IMG/VR virus record: IMGVR_UViG_3300029945_000007
Origin: an uncultured virus (IMG/VR IMGVR_UViG_3300029945_000007)
Taxonomy: Duplodnaviria; Heunggongvirae; Uroviricota; Caudoviricetes
DNA: 20,000 nt
Direction: 5' to 3' (one strand)
The notes beneath the pieces are model-generated. The model worked only from the letters and a program-made list of their open reading frames with translations, did no database searches and was not told the origin of the DNA. Each line of letters opens with the position of its first letter. Position 1 is the stretch's first letter. The translations under genes and the position numbers were made by a program. Below are positions 1 through 7,670 of the stretch, one piece after another.

Positions 1-689
1 GTCGGCTCCGGCCAGACAATCGGCGTGCCGTCACGTCGAGCGAACAGGAATAACCGTTCTCGCGTCGTTGCCGCGCCATAGTCCGCCGCGCAGAGAATGC
101 GCCATTCGACCTGATACCCCATTTGTTCGAACGTGCGAATGAACCGCCGCCAGGTGCGGCCAACATGCTTTGGATCAGGGACCAGGTATTGCTCTTGCAC
201 TGGTACGCGCTCGCCGGGAGCGGCGACTGTCTTGTCCAGCTTGATGACTCTGCCGGTGGCCTTGTCGCGCTTGGCGATCAGTGGCCCCCATTGCTGCATT
301 TGCTTGACGTTTTCCATGCTGATACTGCGCGGCAAGACTTGACCTGCCCATCGAGGAAGAACCCACCCCAACCCCCGTATTTTCTTGCTGCGCGGCTGAC
401 CGCCAGCGGCTTGGCTGTGGTGTGTGCAATCCGGACTGCCGTGCAGATGGCCGACAGAGCGGCCTTTGGTCGCTTCTCTCGGGTCGACTTCGAATACGTC
501 TGCGCAGTAGTGCTCAGTTTGCGGGTGATTTGCCATGTGCATACTGATGGCGTCTGCGTCGTGGTTGATGGCAATATCAACGTGACGCCCGAGTGCTCGC
601 TCGATTGCCCCGGACATGCCCCCGCCGCCAGCAAACAAATCAACAATGATTTCGTTGTCGACGCAGAGCGAGAATTGATCTCTTATCAT
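1..689 (-). CDS. C5 cytosine DNA methyltransferase (runs off window edge; absent from ORF track)
   Basis: Manual translation from ATG at 689 (GGAG RBS upstream): MIRDQFSLCVDNEIIVDLFAGGGGMS (motif I FxGxG), HLHGSPDCTHHS (motif IV), MENVK (motif VI). Confidence 0.9.
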   Translation of the reverse strand, partial: MIRDQFSLCVDNEIIVDLFAGGGGMSGAIERALGRHVDIAINHDADAISMHMANHPQTEHYCADVFEVDPREATKGRSVGHLHGSPDCTHHSQAAGGQPRSKKIRGLGWVLPRWAGQVLPRSISMENVKQMQQWGPLIAKRDKATGRVIKLDKTVAAPGERVPVQEQYLVPDPKHVGRTWRRFIRTFEQMGYQVEWRILCAADYGAATTRERLFLFARRDGTPIVWPEP

Positions 690-705
690 CGGATCTCCAG
701 GCATT

Positions 706-727
706 AAAATGCCCGCATGTAGCGGGC
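706..727 (-). terminator. Putative intrinsic terminator after RT
   Basis: GCCCGC-5 nt-GCGGGC stem (711-727) followed by ATTTT on the minus strand, at the RT stop codon. Confidence 0.5.
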
Positions 728-1812
728 TATGGTTTTCGGTAGGTCTTTCTGATGTCCATGCTTATCGACTGACCGCGCCGTCGCAGTGCGTTCGCCAGTC
801 GGCAGCGGTCGTGATGGCTGCTGGTGGCTTGGCCAAGCAATCCGAAATAACTATTGGCTGTTTCGAATAGATCGCCCTCATCGATGTCGACCACTCGTCG
901 TATCGCCTGGCGGTACGTCCGGCGCCGTGTGGTACGTGACCAAGGCTTGATGACCTGGCCGACCATATCGATGCCGCGCGCCACCGGCTGAATGAAAGTT
1001 TTCCTCGGGTTGAGCTGCAGCCCGAGCTCGGCCAGTTTCGTTTCGATCTGCGCCCGCGCCGCCGTGAGCCAGCTCGCGTCCTCATGCAGCAGCACGAAAT
1101 CATCCACATATCGGCAATAATACCGAGCGCCGACGCGGTGCTTGATGTGCTGGTCGAGCGAGTCCAGTAGCACGTTGGCGAAGAACTGGCTGCTGAGGTT
1201 GCCGATTGGCAGACCGTGATGCTCATCAGCGTTGACCAGCCGCTTGTGTGCCGGTACGCGATCAATCAGCGCCGGATCGCCGCGCATCTCGAAATCAGTA
1301 CGCGGGTCGTGAAACAGAATCAGGTCGGCCAGGGCCATCCACCACGGTTCGTGGATACGTTTCGCCAATTGCGCGCGCACCTGGTGCTTGTCGATCGATA
1401 CAAAGAAATTCGACAAATCCATCTTGATATACCAGGCTGGACGGCTCCAGTTCTGCGTTATTGACCTGACGTGATGCTCAAGCCTTTCTGCTGCATATAG
1501 CGTCCCGCGCCCGGGGATACAGGCGCAGGAATCCGCAATGAATCCGCGGTGAAAGCGATCGGAAACACGGTTGTAAAGTAGGTGGTGCACGATTCGATCC
1601 CGGAATTCTGCCGCCCAAACCTCTCTGGGCTTTGGCCGGGTAATGACGAAACAGATCGAGCGGCCCGGATGATAGCGGCCCTCGATCAGTTCGTCGTAAA
1701 GCTCCAGCAGGTTCTGTTCGAGATCGATCTCGAAGGCCAGTGCGGATTTGCTGTTGCGCTTCGCGCGACGGCAATCGAAATAATCCTCGACCAGATCCGA
1801 AAAAGCTGGCAT
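727..1812 (-). CDS. DGR reverse transcriptase
   Basis: GLPIGNLSSQFFAN (DGR-type GxxxSQ), YYCRYVDDFV catalytic motif, KPREVWAAEFRDRIVHH; adjacent to TR and avd. Likely start is ATG 1812 (MPAFSDL); the track start 1881 lies inside TR. Confidence 0.95.
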   Translation of the reverse strand: MPAFSDLVEDYFDCRRAKRNSKSALAFEIDLEQNLLELYDELIEGRYHPGRSICFVITRPKPREVWAAEFRDRIVHHLLYNRVSDRFHRGFIADSCACIPGRGTLYAAERLEHHVRSITQNWSRPAWYIKMDLSNFFVSIDKHQVRAQLAKRIHEPWWMALADLILFHDPRTDFEMRGDPALIDRVPAHKRLVNADEHHGLPIGNLSSQFFANVLLDSLDQHIKHRVGARYYCRYVDDFVLLHEDASWLTAARAQIETKLAELGLQLNPRKTFIQPVARGIDMVGQVIKPWSRTTRRRTYRQAIRRVVDIDEGDLFETANSYFGLLGQATSSHHDRCRLANALRRRGQSISMDIRKTYRKP

Positions 1813-1817
1813 TGATG

Positions 1818-1921
1818 AATCTGCGGACGGCCAGCGCGCGCACCTCGTTGTCCTTGTTGATGTTGTTAGTGTTGCCATCATCGAAGTTCTGTTCGTATGC
1901 GTTGTTAGGGCTGTACTGCGT
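1818..1921 (-). repeat. DGR template repeat (TR)
   Basis: 104 nt that reads TQYSPNNAYEQNFDDGNTNNINKDNEVRALAVRR with 8 AAC codons; aligns without gaps to 2500-2603 and (from 1822) to 3175-3274, with mismatches at TR adenines. Confidence 0.97.
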
Positions 1922-2087
1922 CAATTCGTGCTTGCTACGTCGCCCTGTCGATGCCGAAGCGAACGGCGGGGAAACTGCGCCAGGCCAGCCCGGCTTTACC
2001 GGCGGTACCCCTAGAGCGCATATCGGTGACCTTGTGGGTCAGCGGCACGACCAGATTCAAATCGCACTGGCATGACGGCCTTGACGG

Positions 2088-2444
2088 TCATGCAGCTGGC
2101 GATGCGGACTCATACTTCCTTTTCCAGCCGTTGGCCTGCCGCCCAATACCGCCGAGAAGCGCGACGCCCTGGGCGTACTGCCGCTCGCTGATAATTTTTA
2201 GATCACAGCAAAGCCTGAACATGAAGTTCAGCGATTCAACGCGCTCAACCAGATCGCTCAGATAGGGCACTTTGTTGCGCGCGACATTGGCGCGAAAGAC
2301 CAGGGTCATTAACTCTGAGCATTCGTCATCAAGCTTGTCGCCCCGGCGTTTGTGCTTGCGAGGGATATTACTGACGAGATTAGCAACGAGCATCGTCAGC
2401 GCGTAAACGTCCTTGTAAATCGGTAGGCTGGAATGGAGTGCCAT
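2088..2444 (-). CDS. avd: DGR accessory variability determinant (Avd-like four-helix bundle)
   Basis: 118 aa helical protein, LPIYKDVY...LRLCCDLK-like segment FRLCCDLKIISERQY...IGRQANGWKR; canonical position between target and TR. Confidence 0.88.
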   Translation of the reverse strand: MALHSSLPIYKDVYALTMLVANLVSNIPRKHKRRGDKLDDECSELMTLVFRANVARNKVPYLSDLVERVESLNFMFRLCCDLKIISERQYAQGVALLGGIGRQANGWKRKYESASPAA

Positions 2445-2455
2445 GAGAAAAACCC

Positions 2456-2473
2456 GCGCGGGCAAGCCCGCGC
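2456..2473 (-). promoter_or_regulatory. GC hairpin downstream of VR1 (DGR target-recognition hairpin candidate)
   Basis: GCGCGGGC-AA-GCCCGCGC perfect inverted repeat about 30 nt 3' of VR1, preceded by ATTTAA on the coding strand. Confidence 0.7.
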
Positions 2474-2489
2474 TTAAATGGTTGAATGA

Positions 2490-3101
2490 CTAAATAAACA
2501 ATCTGCGGACGGCCAGCGCGCGCACCTCGCAGTCCTTGTTGATGCTGTAAGTGCTGCCATCATCGAAGTACTGTACGTATGCGTAGCTAGGGCCGTACTG
2601 CGTACTGGTGTGGTGCCAGCCCTTCGGGAGTCGAGCGGCCAGGTTGATTTCGACCAGCGCCAGCTCCCGCCGTGCCGGGAGGTAGAAGTCGCTATACCCG
2701 TCGATATTGAGGCCGTAGGCCCATTCTGCTGCCGGATGATCGTATTCCGACTCAACCAGCGCTTTCGTGTTGGCCATACCGTCCCAGTGACTTTTTGCTC
2801 CGGGTTCGTCTTTGCCGTAACCGCCCCACACAATTTCTGCGATCTGGCCATCGGGATGCTCTGCCGCGATCACGTAATACGGCCTGGAGCCGTCGCCGGG
2901 AACGATCAGCCCGGCATTTCTGCCACCTTGGCCCGGCCAAAGTTCTCCAGGAAACGGAGTGCGGCTCAGTGGCATCGCAAACTCGGCCGCTTGACCGATG
3001 TGTGCCTCGATTATCTCCGCGGAACGAGCCGGGAAGTTGATGACCAAGTCGCCTTTGATAAGCAATTGCTTGATGGACAGCTCAATTTTCGATCCCATCA
3101 T
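2490..3101 (-). CDS. DGR target protein 1 (DUF1566/CLec-like fold, C-terminal VR)
   Basis: DGMANT, DFYLPARREL, and C-terminal STQYGPSYAYVQYFDDGSTYSINKDCEVRALAVRR matching TR. Confidence 0.92.
   Translation of the reverse strand: MMGSKIELSIKQLLIKGDLVINFPARSAEIIEAHIGQAAEFAMPLSRTPFPGELWPGQGGRNAGLIVPGDGSRPYYVIAAEHPDGQIAEIVWGGYGKDEPGAKSHWDGMANTKALVESEYDHPAAEWAYGLNIDGYSDFYLPARRELALVEINLAARLPKGWHHTSTQYGPSYAYVQYFDDGSTYSINKDCEVRALAVRRLFI
2500..2603 (-). repeat. Variable repeat VR1
   Basis: 10 mismatches to TR in 104 nt, all at TR adenines (9 amino-acid changes). Confidence 0.97.
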
Positions 3102-3119
3102 TTACCCTTAAAAAAGCGA

Positions 3120-3139
3120 AACCCGGCTGGCGCCGGGTT
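3120..3139 (-). promoter_or_regulatory. Hairpin downstream of VR2
   Basis: AACCCGGC-TGGC-GCCGGGTT, 8-bp stem and 4-nt loop, 35 nt 3' of VR2. Confidence 0.7.
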
Positions 3140-3154
3140 AAATTGAAAAATGGC

Positions 3155-3766
3155 TTAATGGACGATGTGAATCGTGCGGACGGCCAGCGCGCGCACCTCG
3201 CCGTCCTTGATGATGCCGCAAGTGCTGCCATCACCGACGCTCTGACCGTATGCGTCGTTAGGGCTGTACTGCGTACTGGACATGTAGCAGCCGGGCTCAA
3301 TGGCATGTTCGCCACCCTCTTGGAACGCGGCGATAGTGGTCTGCGCGGGGCTGTCCGGCGTGTAGGGGTATTCGCCCGTCGTCGGGTTGTCGCCGTCGCG
3401 GTAGGTGCAATAGTTCTCGTCGGCGGTCGGCTTGAAGTCGCGGTAGATCATTTCGAGCTGATCGCGTGACGGGACGTGCCAGTCGTCGAACCCGCCGAGG
3501 CGCAGTGCGCGGGCTTCCTTGGCTGCGTCGCTGCCGGCTTCGGCCATTGCATCGGTGTTCGTAGCGCCGTTAATGCAGCTGCGTGCCCCGACGACGTCCT
3601 GTCCATACTCGCCCCACGTGCCGCGCAGTCGGCCATCCTTACCGGCAACGATGACGGCGTACTCTTCGCCATCCACTTTGTAGCGGCGGCCAAGAAAGCC
3701 GCCCTGGAATGCTTCACCGATGGATTTCGGCAGCTCGCTAACTGCTACGTCTTGAATCTTGATCAT
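3155..3766 (-). CDS. DGR target protein 2 (DUF1566/CLec-like fold, C-terminal VR)
   Basis: Paralogous to target 1 (WGEYGQDVVGARS, NGATNT, DWHVPSRDQL); C-terminus STQYSPNDAYGQSVGDGSTCGIIKDGEVRALAVR matches TR. Confidence 0.92.
   Translation of the reverse strand: MIKIQDVAVSELPKSIGEAFQGGFLGRRYKVDGEEYAVIVAGKDGRLRGTWGEYGQDVVGARSCINGATNTDAMAEAGSDAAKEARALRLGGFDDWHVPSRDQLEMIYRDFKPTADENYCTYRDGDNPTTGEYPYTPDSPAQTTIAAFQEGGEHAIEPGCYMSSTQYSPNDAYGQSVGDGSTCGIIKDGEVRALAVRTIHIVH
3175..3274 (-). repeat. Variable repeat VR2
   Basis: 14 mismatches to TR 1822-1921 in 100 nt; 13 at TR adenines, one at a non-adenine (position 3238). Confidence 0.95.
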
Positions 3767-3802
3767 GATTGATACCTATGGGCGTAAAAAAGCCCGCTCA
3801 AG

Positions 3803-3854
3803 TGAACTGCACCCCAAAGGTTGGATCGGTGTCCAAATTTTGGGGTGCAGTTCA
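3803..3854. mobile_element. 52-bp IS3-family-like miniature inverted-repeat element inside a terminator hairpin
   Basis: TGAACTGCACCCCAAAGGTTGGA-6 nt-TCCAAATTTTGGGGTGCAGTTCA, 21/23 inverted repeat with TG...CA ends; flanked by GCCCGCT (3792-3798) / AGCGGGC (3858-3864) and an A6 tract. Confidence 0.65.
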
Positions 3855-3953
3855 ATCAGCGGGCGCTTTTGAATCTGTACCCCGGCGCACATTGTCCGGA
3901 CGGACGCAGCGCGCGGCATGAAACCGCTGATGGAGCGGGCGGGGCGGTGTTGG

Positions 3954-4181
3954 TTAGGCTGCGGACGGGGTCCAGGCGATTGCCCTGGCCTTCCAGTCAT
4001 CGCGATCATTGGCGAGGCGTGTATTGCGCTCATCAAGCTCTTGCCGCTGGGCTTTTTCTTGATCAAGCTCAGCCGCCAGTTTTCCGATCTGCGCTGTGCG
4101 CTGGTGCAACTGCTCGTTCAGGGTTGCGTTCTCTGCCAACAAGCGTGCAATCAGATCCGGTTCGTGCGGGTTGTTGCTCAT
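3954..4181 (-). CDS. Small coiled-coil hypothetical protein
   Basis: GGAG RBS before ATG 4181; heptad-like L/E/Q-rich sequence; operon orientation. Confidence 0.6.
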   Translation of the reverse strand: MSNNPHEPDLIARLLAENATLNEQLHQRTAQIGKLAAELDQEKAQRQELDERNTRLANDRDDWKARAIAWTPSAA

Positions 4182-4232
4182 GTCGTCTCCACTTCTGTAT
4201 GGCACTAAATACCCACTTTCTGCGCTGCAAGC

Positions 4233-5132
4233 TCAACCAGTTGCCTCCAGACCACCCAGGGCCTCGATCAGGGCTTCAACCAGCTCTCCAAGCTCCTCGC
4301 TCATCAGGGTGAAGGTGGCCTCGAACAGGCTGGCGCTGTCGTCACCAGCTTGACTTGCCTCGTCCTGCAAGACGTCGAGAAACTGGATGCGCTTGAGCTG
4401 CAGCGTGTCAGTCAGCACAAAGCGCACGCGCTCTTTCCAGATCAGACCTAGGCGTGTCACCTGCTTGCCGGTGGCGATATGTTGGCGGATCTCGTCGGCG
4501 GTCAGGTCGGCGCGCTTGGCGTTGATCACCATGCCGTTTTCGCCGGGGTCGCGCAGCTCAACATCTGAATCAAGTTCGAAGCCTTCCGGCGCTTCGCCCG
4601 CGGCCAGCCAGTCGGTCATCGCGGTGTGCGGCGCCAGTTTTGTGCGCGGCAGGGCCGCCGGGAAGGGCGGAAGCGCCTCGCGCAACTTGCTGACCAGTGC
4701 TTCGGCCTTGCTTGACGTCGCCGTGTCGACCATCAGCCAACCGCGGCGGTTGTCGATGTAGCCAACTTTGCGACTGTCCCGGGTGAATGCCTTGGGCAGC
4801 AAAGCGTCGGCGATCTGTTCTTTAAGGGCCTGTCTTGCCTTGCGCCCGAGCTTGCACCCTTCGCGCCGCTCGATCTCAGCGGCCACCTCATCGCGCTTCT
4901 TGTTGATCACTGCGGGCGGCAACACTTTGTCCTCGCGCTTGAGCGATACCAATAGGCAATCGCGCGCGGCGAACACCGGGCCGTCGACGTGACTGGCCGG
5001 CGTCTGCCAGCCTTCACTGAACCAGCCGAGGCCCATGCATGGTGTGAACGGCTGCTTTTCAAGCCGCTCGGCCAGTTCGTTGCGCCCGATCGTGTCGGGC
5101 AGCTTGTAAAACGATAGTTGCTTAAACCACAT
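4233..5132 (-). CDS. rdgC: Recombination-associated protein RdgC
   Basis: MWFKQLSFY start, KVLPPAVI, LLPKAF, GKQVTRLGLIW, FVLTDTLQLKRIQF, LIEALGG end. Confidence 0.93.
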   Translation of the reverse strand: MWFKQLSFYKLPDTIGRNELAERLEKQPFTPCMGLGWFSEGWQTPASHVDGPVFAARDCLLVSLKREDKVLPPAVINKKRDEVAAEIERREGCKLGRKARQALKEQIADALLPKAFTRDSRKVGYIDNRRGWLMVDTATSSKAEALVSKLREALPPFPAALPRTKLAPHTAMTDWLAAGEAPEGFELDSDVELRDPGENGMVINAKRADLTADEIRQHIATGKQVTRLGLIWKERVRFVLTDTLQLKRIQFLDVLQDEASQAGDDSASLFEATFTLMSEELGELVEALIEALGGLEATG

Positions 5133-5341
5133 CACGCGGCCTCGCGATGGTAAGGATTAACGGTTTCGCCCAGGTAGATGGCGCCGAGAAGCTTGCGCAC
5201 CGGCTTCGGCATGGCGCGGCCACTTTCATAGCGCGAGCCACCTGATTGCGTGACACCGAGCTGATCCCAAAAGTCGGATTGGGACAGCCCGAGTTGGCGG
5301 CGCAGAGTGCGTGGGTCGATGGTTTGGGTTTTGGTTTTCAT
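5132..5341 (-). CDS. XRE-type HTH regulator, RsaL-like
   Basis: LRRQLGLSQSDFWDQLGVTQSGGSRYESGRAMPKPV. Confidence 0.8.
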   Translation of the reverse strand: MKTKTQTIDPRTLRRQLGLSQSDFWDQLGVTQSGGSRYESGRAMPKPVRKLLGAIYLGETVNPYHREAA

Positions 5342-5355
5342 GGTCTGATCCTTGG

Positions 5356-6456
5356 TTACGCGGCCTGGGCAGCGAGTGCCTTGGCGCGCTTGTAGACGTT
5401 TTGCATGTGGATTTCGCTGCCATCCTCGTAGGCGTTCACAAACTCGGCCAGGATTATCTCGGCGGTGTCCTGCAACGGCTGGCGAGGCGCCTGCGCCACC
5501 GAGGTGAGTCGTGGTGGTGCGCTTGATTGGCTTGGGCTCGGCGCGGGCGCCAATTCGATGATGGTCGGTTCGGGCTTCGGCAAGGCCGCAATCCTCGCAG
5601 CTTCTTGCTGCGCCGCCAGTGCATCCTGCTGGTGCTTTAGTTCTGCCCGCTGAGCGGTAAGGGCGTCAGCCTGGGCCTGTGCTGCGCGCTCTTGCTCGGC
5701 ACGCTCAGCATCCAGCTTCTTGCGCTCAGCGGCGAGCGCGGCGGCATCCTCCTGTTGTTGCTTGCGCTGGCGCTCAAATTCCTCGCGCTCCGCTTTGGCC
5801 CGTGCCTGCTCGGCTTCGGTCTCCTTGGCGCCGTCCAGCGCCAGATCCAATTTTTCGAGCGCAGATTGCTTGGCAGAAATGGCCGCGGTGGAAAACTCCT
5901 GAAAGCTGGCGTCGATCTCGACTGCCGTGACGGTGTCGATCGCGCCTTGAATGTGCTCGGACGACTTGCCAGCGCAGTCCAGCGCCACGAGACCAAAGGC
6001 GTCGATCCGGAAGCGGATGGCGTCGACTCGCTCAGCCTCAACGCGCGCTTTTTCGGCTTTGATGGCCTCTTTGCGCGCATCTTCGTCTTTGATTAGGGTG
6101 TCAAACTGGGTTTCGTACGGGGTGACTTCAGCTTCCAGCGCCTTGTAATGCGATTCCAGCATCTTGCCGATTTCAAGGATTGGAGCCTTGCGCAGTTTGC
6201 GAGTGGCATCCCCACTGGTACGAATGCCACGGAATGTCGCTCGACAGGTCGTGGCCCGCTTGTAACCCGCCGTCGTCTGCATGTCGATCGTAACCGGGAT
6301 GGCTGCGATAGCTGCGGCCAGATCGGTGTGGTGCTGGGCGTAGACGGCGGTGACGTAGGTCAGCGGGTCGATGGTGAGCAATTCGCGCTTGGCGATCTCG
6401 GACGGCTCGACGATGGCGAGGTCGGTTTGTTCGGGTTGTTCCATGGTGATCTCCAT
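5356..6456 (-). CDS. Phage coiled-coil protein of unknown function
   Basis: 366 aa, long A/E/Q/R-rich helical region and Pro-rich linker; lies within the recombination cluster. Confidence 0.75.
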   Translation of the reverse strand: MEITMEQPEQTDLAIVEPSEIAKRELLTIDPLTYVTAVYAQHHTDLAAAIAAIPVTIDMQTTAGYKRATTCRATFRGIRTSGDATRKLRKAPILEIGKMLESHYKALEAEVTPYETQFDTLIKDEDARKEAIKAEKARVEAERVDAIRFRIDAFGLVALDCAGKSSEHIQGAIDTVTAVEIDASFQEFSTAAISAKQSALEKLDLALDGAKETEAEQARAKAEREEFERQRKQQQEDAAALAAERKKLDAERAEQERAAQAQADALTAQRAELKHQQDALAAQQEAARIAALPKPEPTIIELAPAPSPSQSSAPPRLTSVAQAPRQPLQDTAEIILAEFVNAYEDGSEIHMQNVYKRAKALAAQAA

Positions 6457-6482
6457 GAAAAACCCTGCCGGAGCAGGGTTGG

Positions 6483-7160
6483 TTATTTGGTGAGCGCGGC
6501 GCGGAGCCGTGGGTCAATGTCGGGTTGGTTGAGCAGCCAGCGCCTGTAATCGGACGGCACTTGCGCAAGCGGCACCCCTTGATGCTTACCGAATGGCATC
6601 ACAGTCGGAATCAGCGCGCGTTCGGACAGTTCGTGCAGCTCCTGCCAGCTCGTCGCCTTGAGGTCGTTCATCAGCGCCAGCAGGATTTCGCGGCAGATCC
6701 AGATATCAGCCAGGGCGCTGTGCGCATTGCGCAGCTGTTCGCGCGCCGCCTTTCCCTTGAGGTGATACAGCAGGGCGCTTTGCGTGTGACTGTCGAGTGC
6801 CGGCCATACCATGCGCGCCAGAGCGAGTGTGTCGATCAACTTGACTGGCGGTTTGCCAATGACGATCCAGTCGAAACCATCGACGTTGTGGCCGATCAGA
6901 TAGTCGGTCGCCGGCAGCGCGAAATTCGTGTGCGCCGGGCAATCAACTAGGTCATCAGGGTGGATGTGATGTGTGGCCAGCGCGCCCAGGTTGATCGGCT
7001 TGGTTGGCTTATAGCGCTGCTCGAACTGATCGATAACGCCACAGACCGGCGGCGCGTCCAATTCCAACCACGCGGACTCGATCACATCTGGTAGGGCACC
7101 GGTTTTCTTGTCGATGTGGCCGGTGGTTTCAACGTCAAAGATACGTGCGATTTGTGCCAT
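6483..7160 (-). CDS. DnaQ-family (DEDDh) 3'-5' exonuclease, exonuclease X-like
   Basis: FDVETTG, IGHNVDGFD, AHSALAD motifs, plus C-terminal MPFGKHQG domain. Confidence 0.9.
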   Translation of the reverse strand: MAQIARIFDVETTGHIDKKTGALPDVIESAWLELDAPPVCGVIDQFEQRYKPTKPINLGALATHHIHPDDLVDCPAHTNFALPATDYLIGHNVDGFDWIVIGKPPVKLIDTLALARMVWPALDSHTQSALLYHLKGKAAREQLRNAHSALADIWICREILLALMNDLKATSWQELHELSERALIPTVMPFGKHQGVPLAQVPSDYRRWLLNQPDIDPRLRAALTK

Positions 7161-7172
7161 GATGAGTCCCGG

Positions 7173-7670
7173 TTAAATGCAGTGAATGATTGTGCGGTTT
7201 TCAAGCCCAATTCGTGCGAACGGAATGTCATCGTCAATGTCATTCATCACCTGCGGCGCGGGCGCCTTGCGCCGGGGCGAAGACGGCGGTGCGCTACTGG
7301 CTGGCGCACGGTCGTCCTGGCTATCGCTCCCACCCTTGCCGCCGAGCATTTGCATGCGGTCGCCGCGGATTTCGGTGCTGAAACGGTCTTGGCCGGTTTC
7401 TTTATCCTGCCATTTGCGCGTCTTGATCGAACCCTCGATGTAGACTTGCGAACCCTTTTTCAGGTACTGCGAGGCCACTTCGGCGGTTTTACCGAAGAGC
7501 ACCACGCGGTGCCATTCGGTGCTTTCCTGACGTTGGCCCGAGGCCTTGTCCATCCAGGAATCGGTGGTAGCGATCGACAGGGTGGCAATGGCCTCTCCGC
7601 TAGGCATGTAGCGCATTTCAGGGTCTTTGCCGAGATTGCCAACCAGAATCACTTTATTGACGGATGCCAT
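7173..7670 (-). CDS. ssb: Single-stranded DNA-binding protein
   Basis: [43 protein letters not shown]. Confidence 0.97.
   Translation of the reverse strand: MASVNKVILVGNLGKDPEMRYMPSGEAIATLSIATTDSWMDKASGQRQESTEWHRVVLFGKTAEVASQYLKKGSQVYIEGSIKTRKWQDKETGQDRFSTEIRGDRMQMLGGKGGSDSQDDRAPASSAPPSSPRRKAPAPQVMNDIDDDIPFARIGLENRTIIHCI

Noticed and set aside
123..707. 194-aa plus-strand ORF
   Set aside because: Antisense shadow of the minus-strand methyltransferase, which has clear catalytic motifs.
727..1812. RT as group II intron, retron or Abi RT
   Set aside because: No maturase or endonuclease domain; GxxxSQ motif, Avd and adenine-specific TR/VR pairs identify a DGR.
1478..1924. 148-aa ORF starting with a VR-like peptide
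   Set aside because: It is the TR read in frame from a TTG with no RBS, running on out of frame over RT; TRs are usually stop-free, so this is not evidence of a gene.
1818..3274. Repeats as a CRISPR array
   Set aside because: The roughly 100-nt copies lie in or near genes, are not regularly spaced with unique spacers, and no cas genes are present.
3776..4066. 96-aa ORF
   Set aside because: Overlaps a better-supported ORF and crosses the terminator and inverted-repeat element; low-complexity translation.
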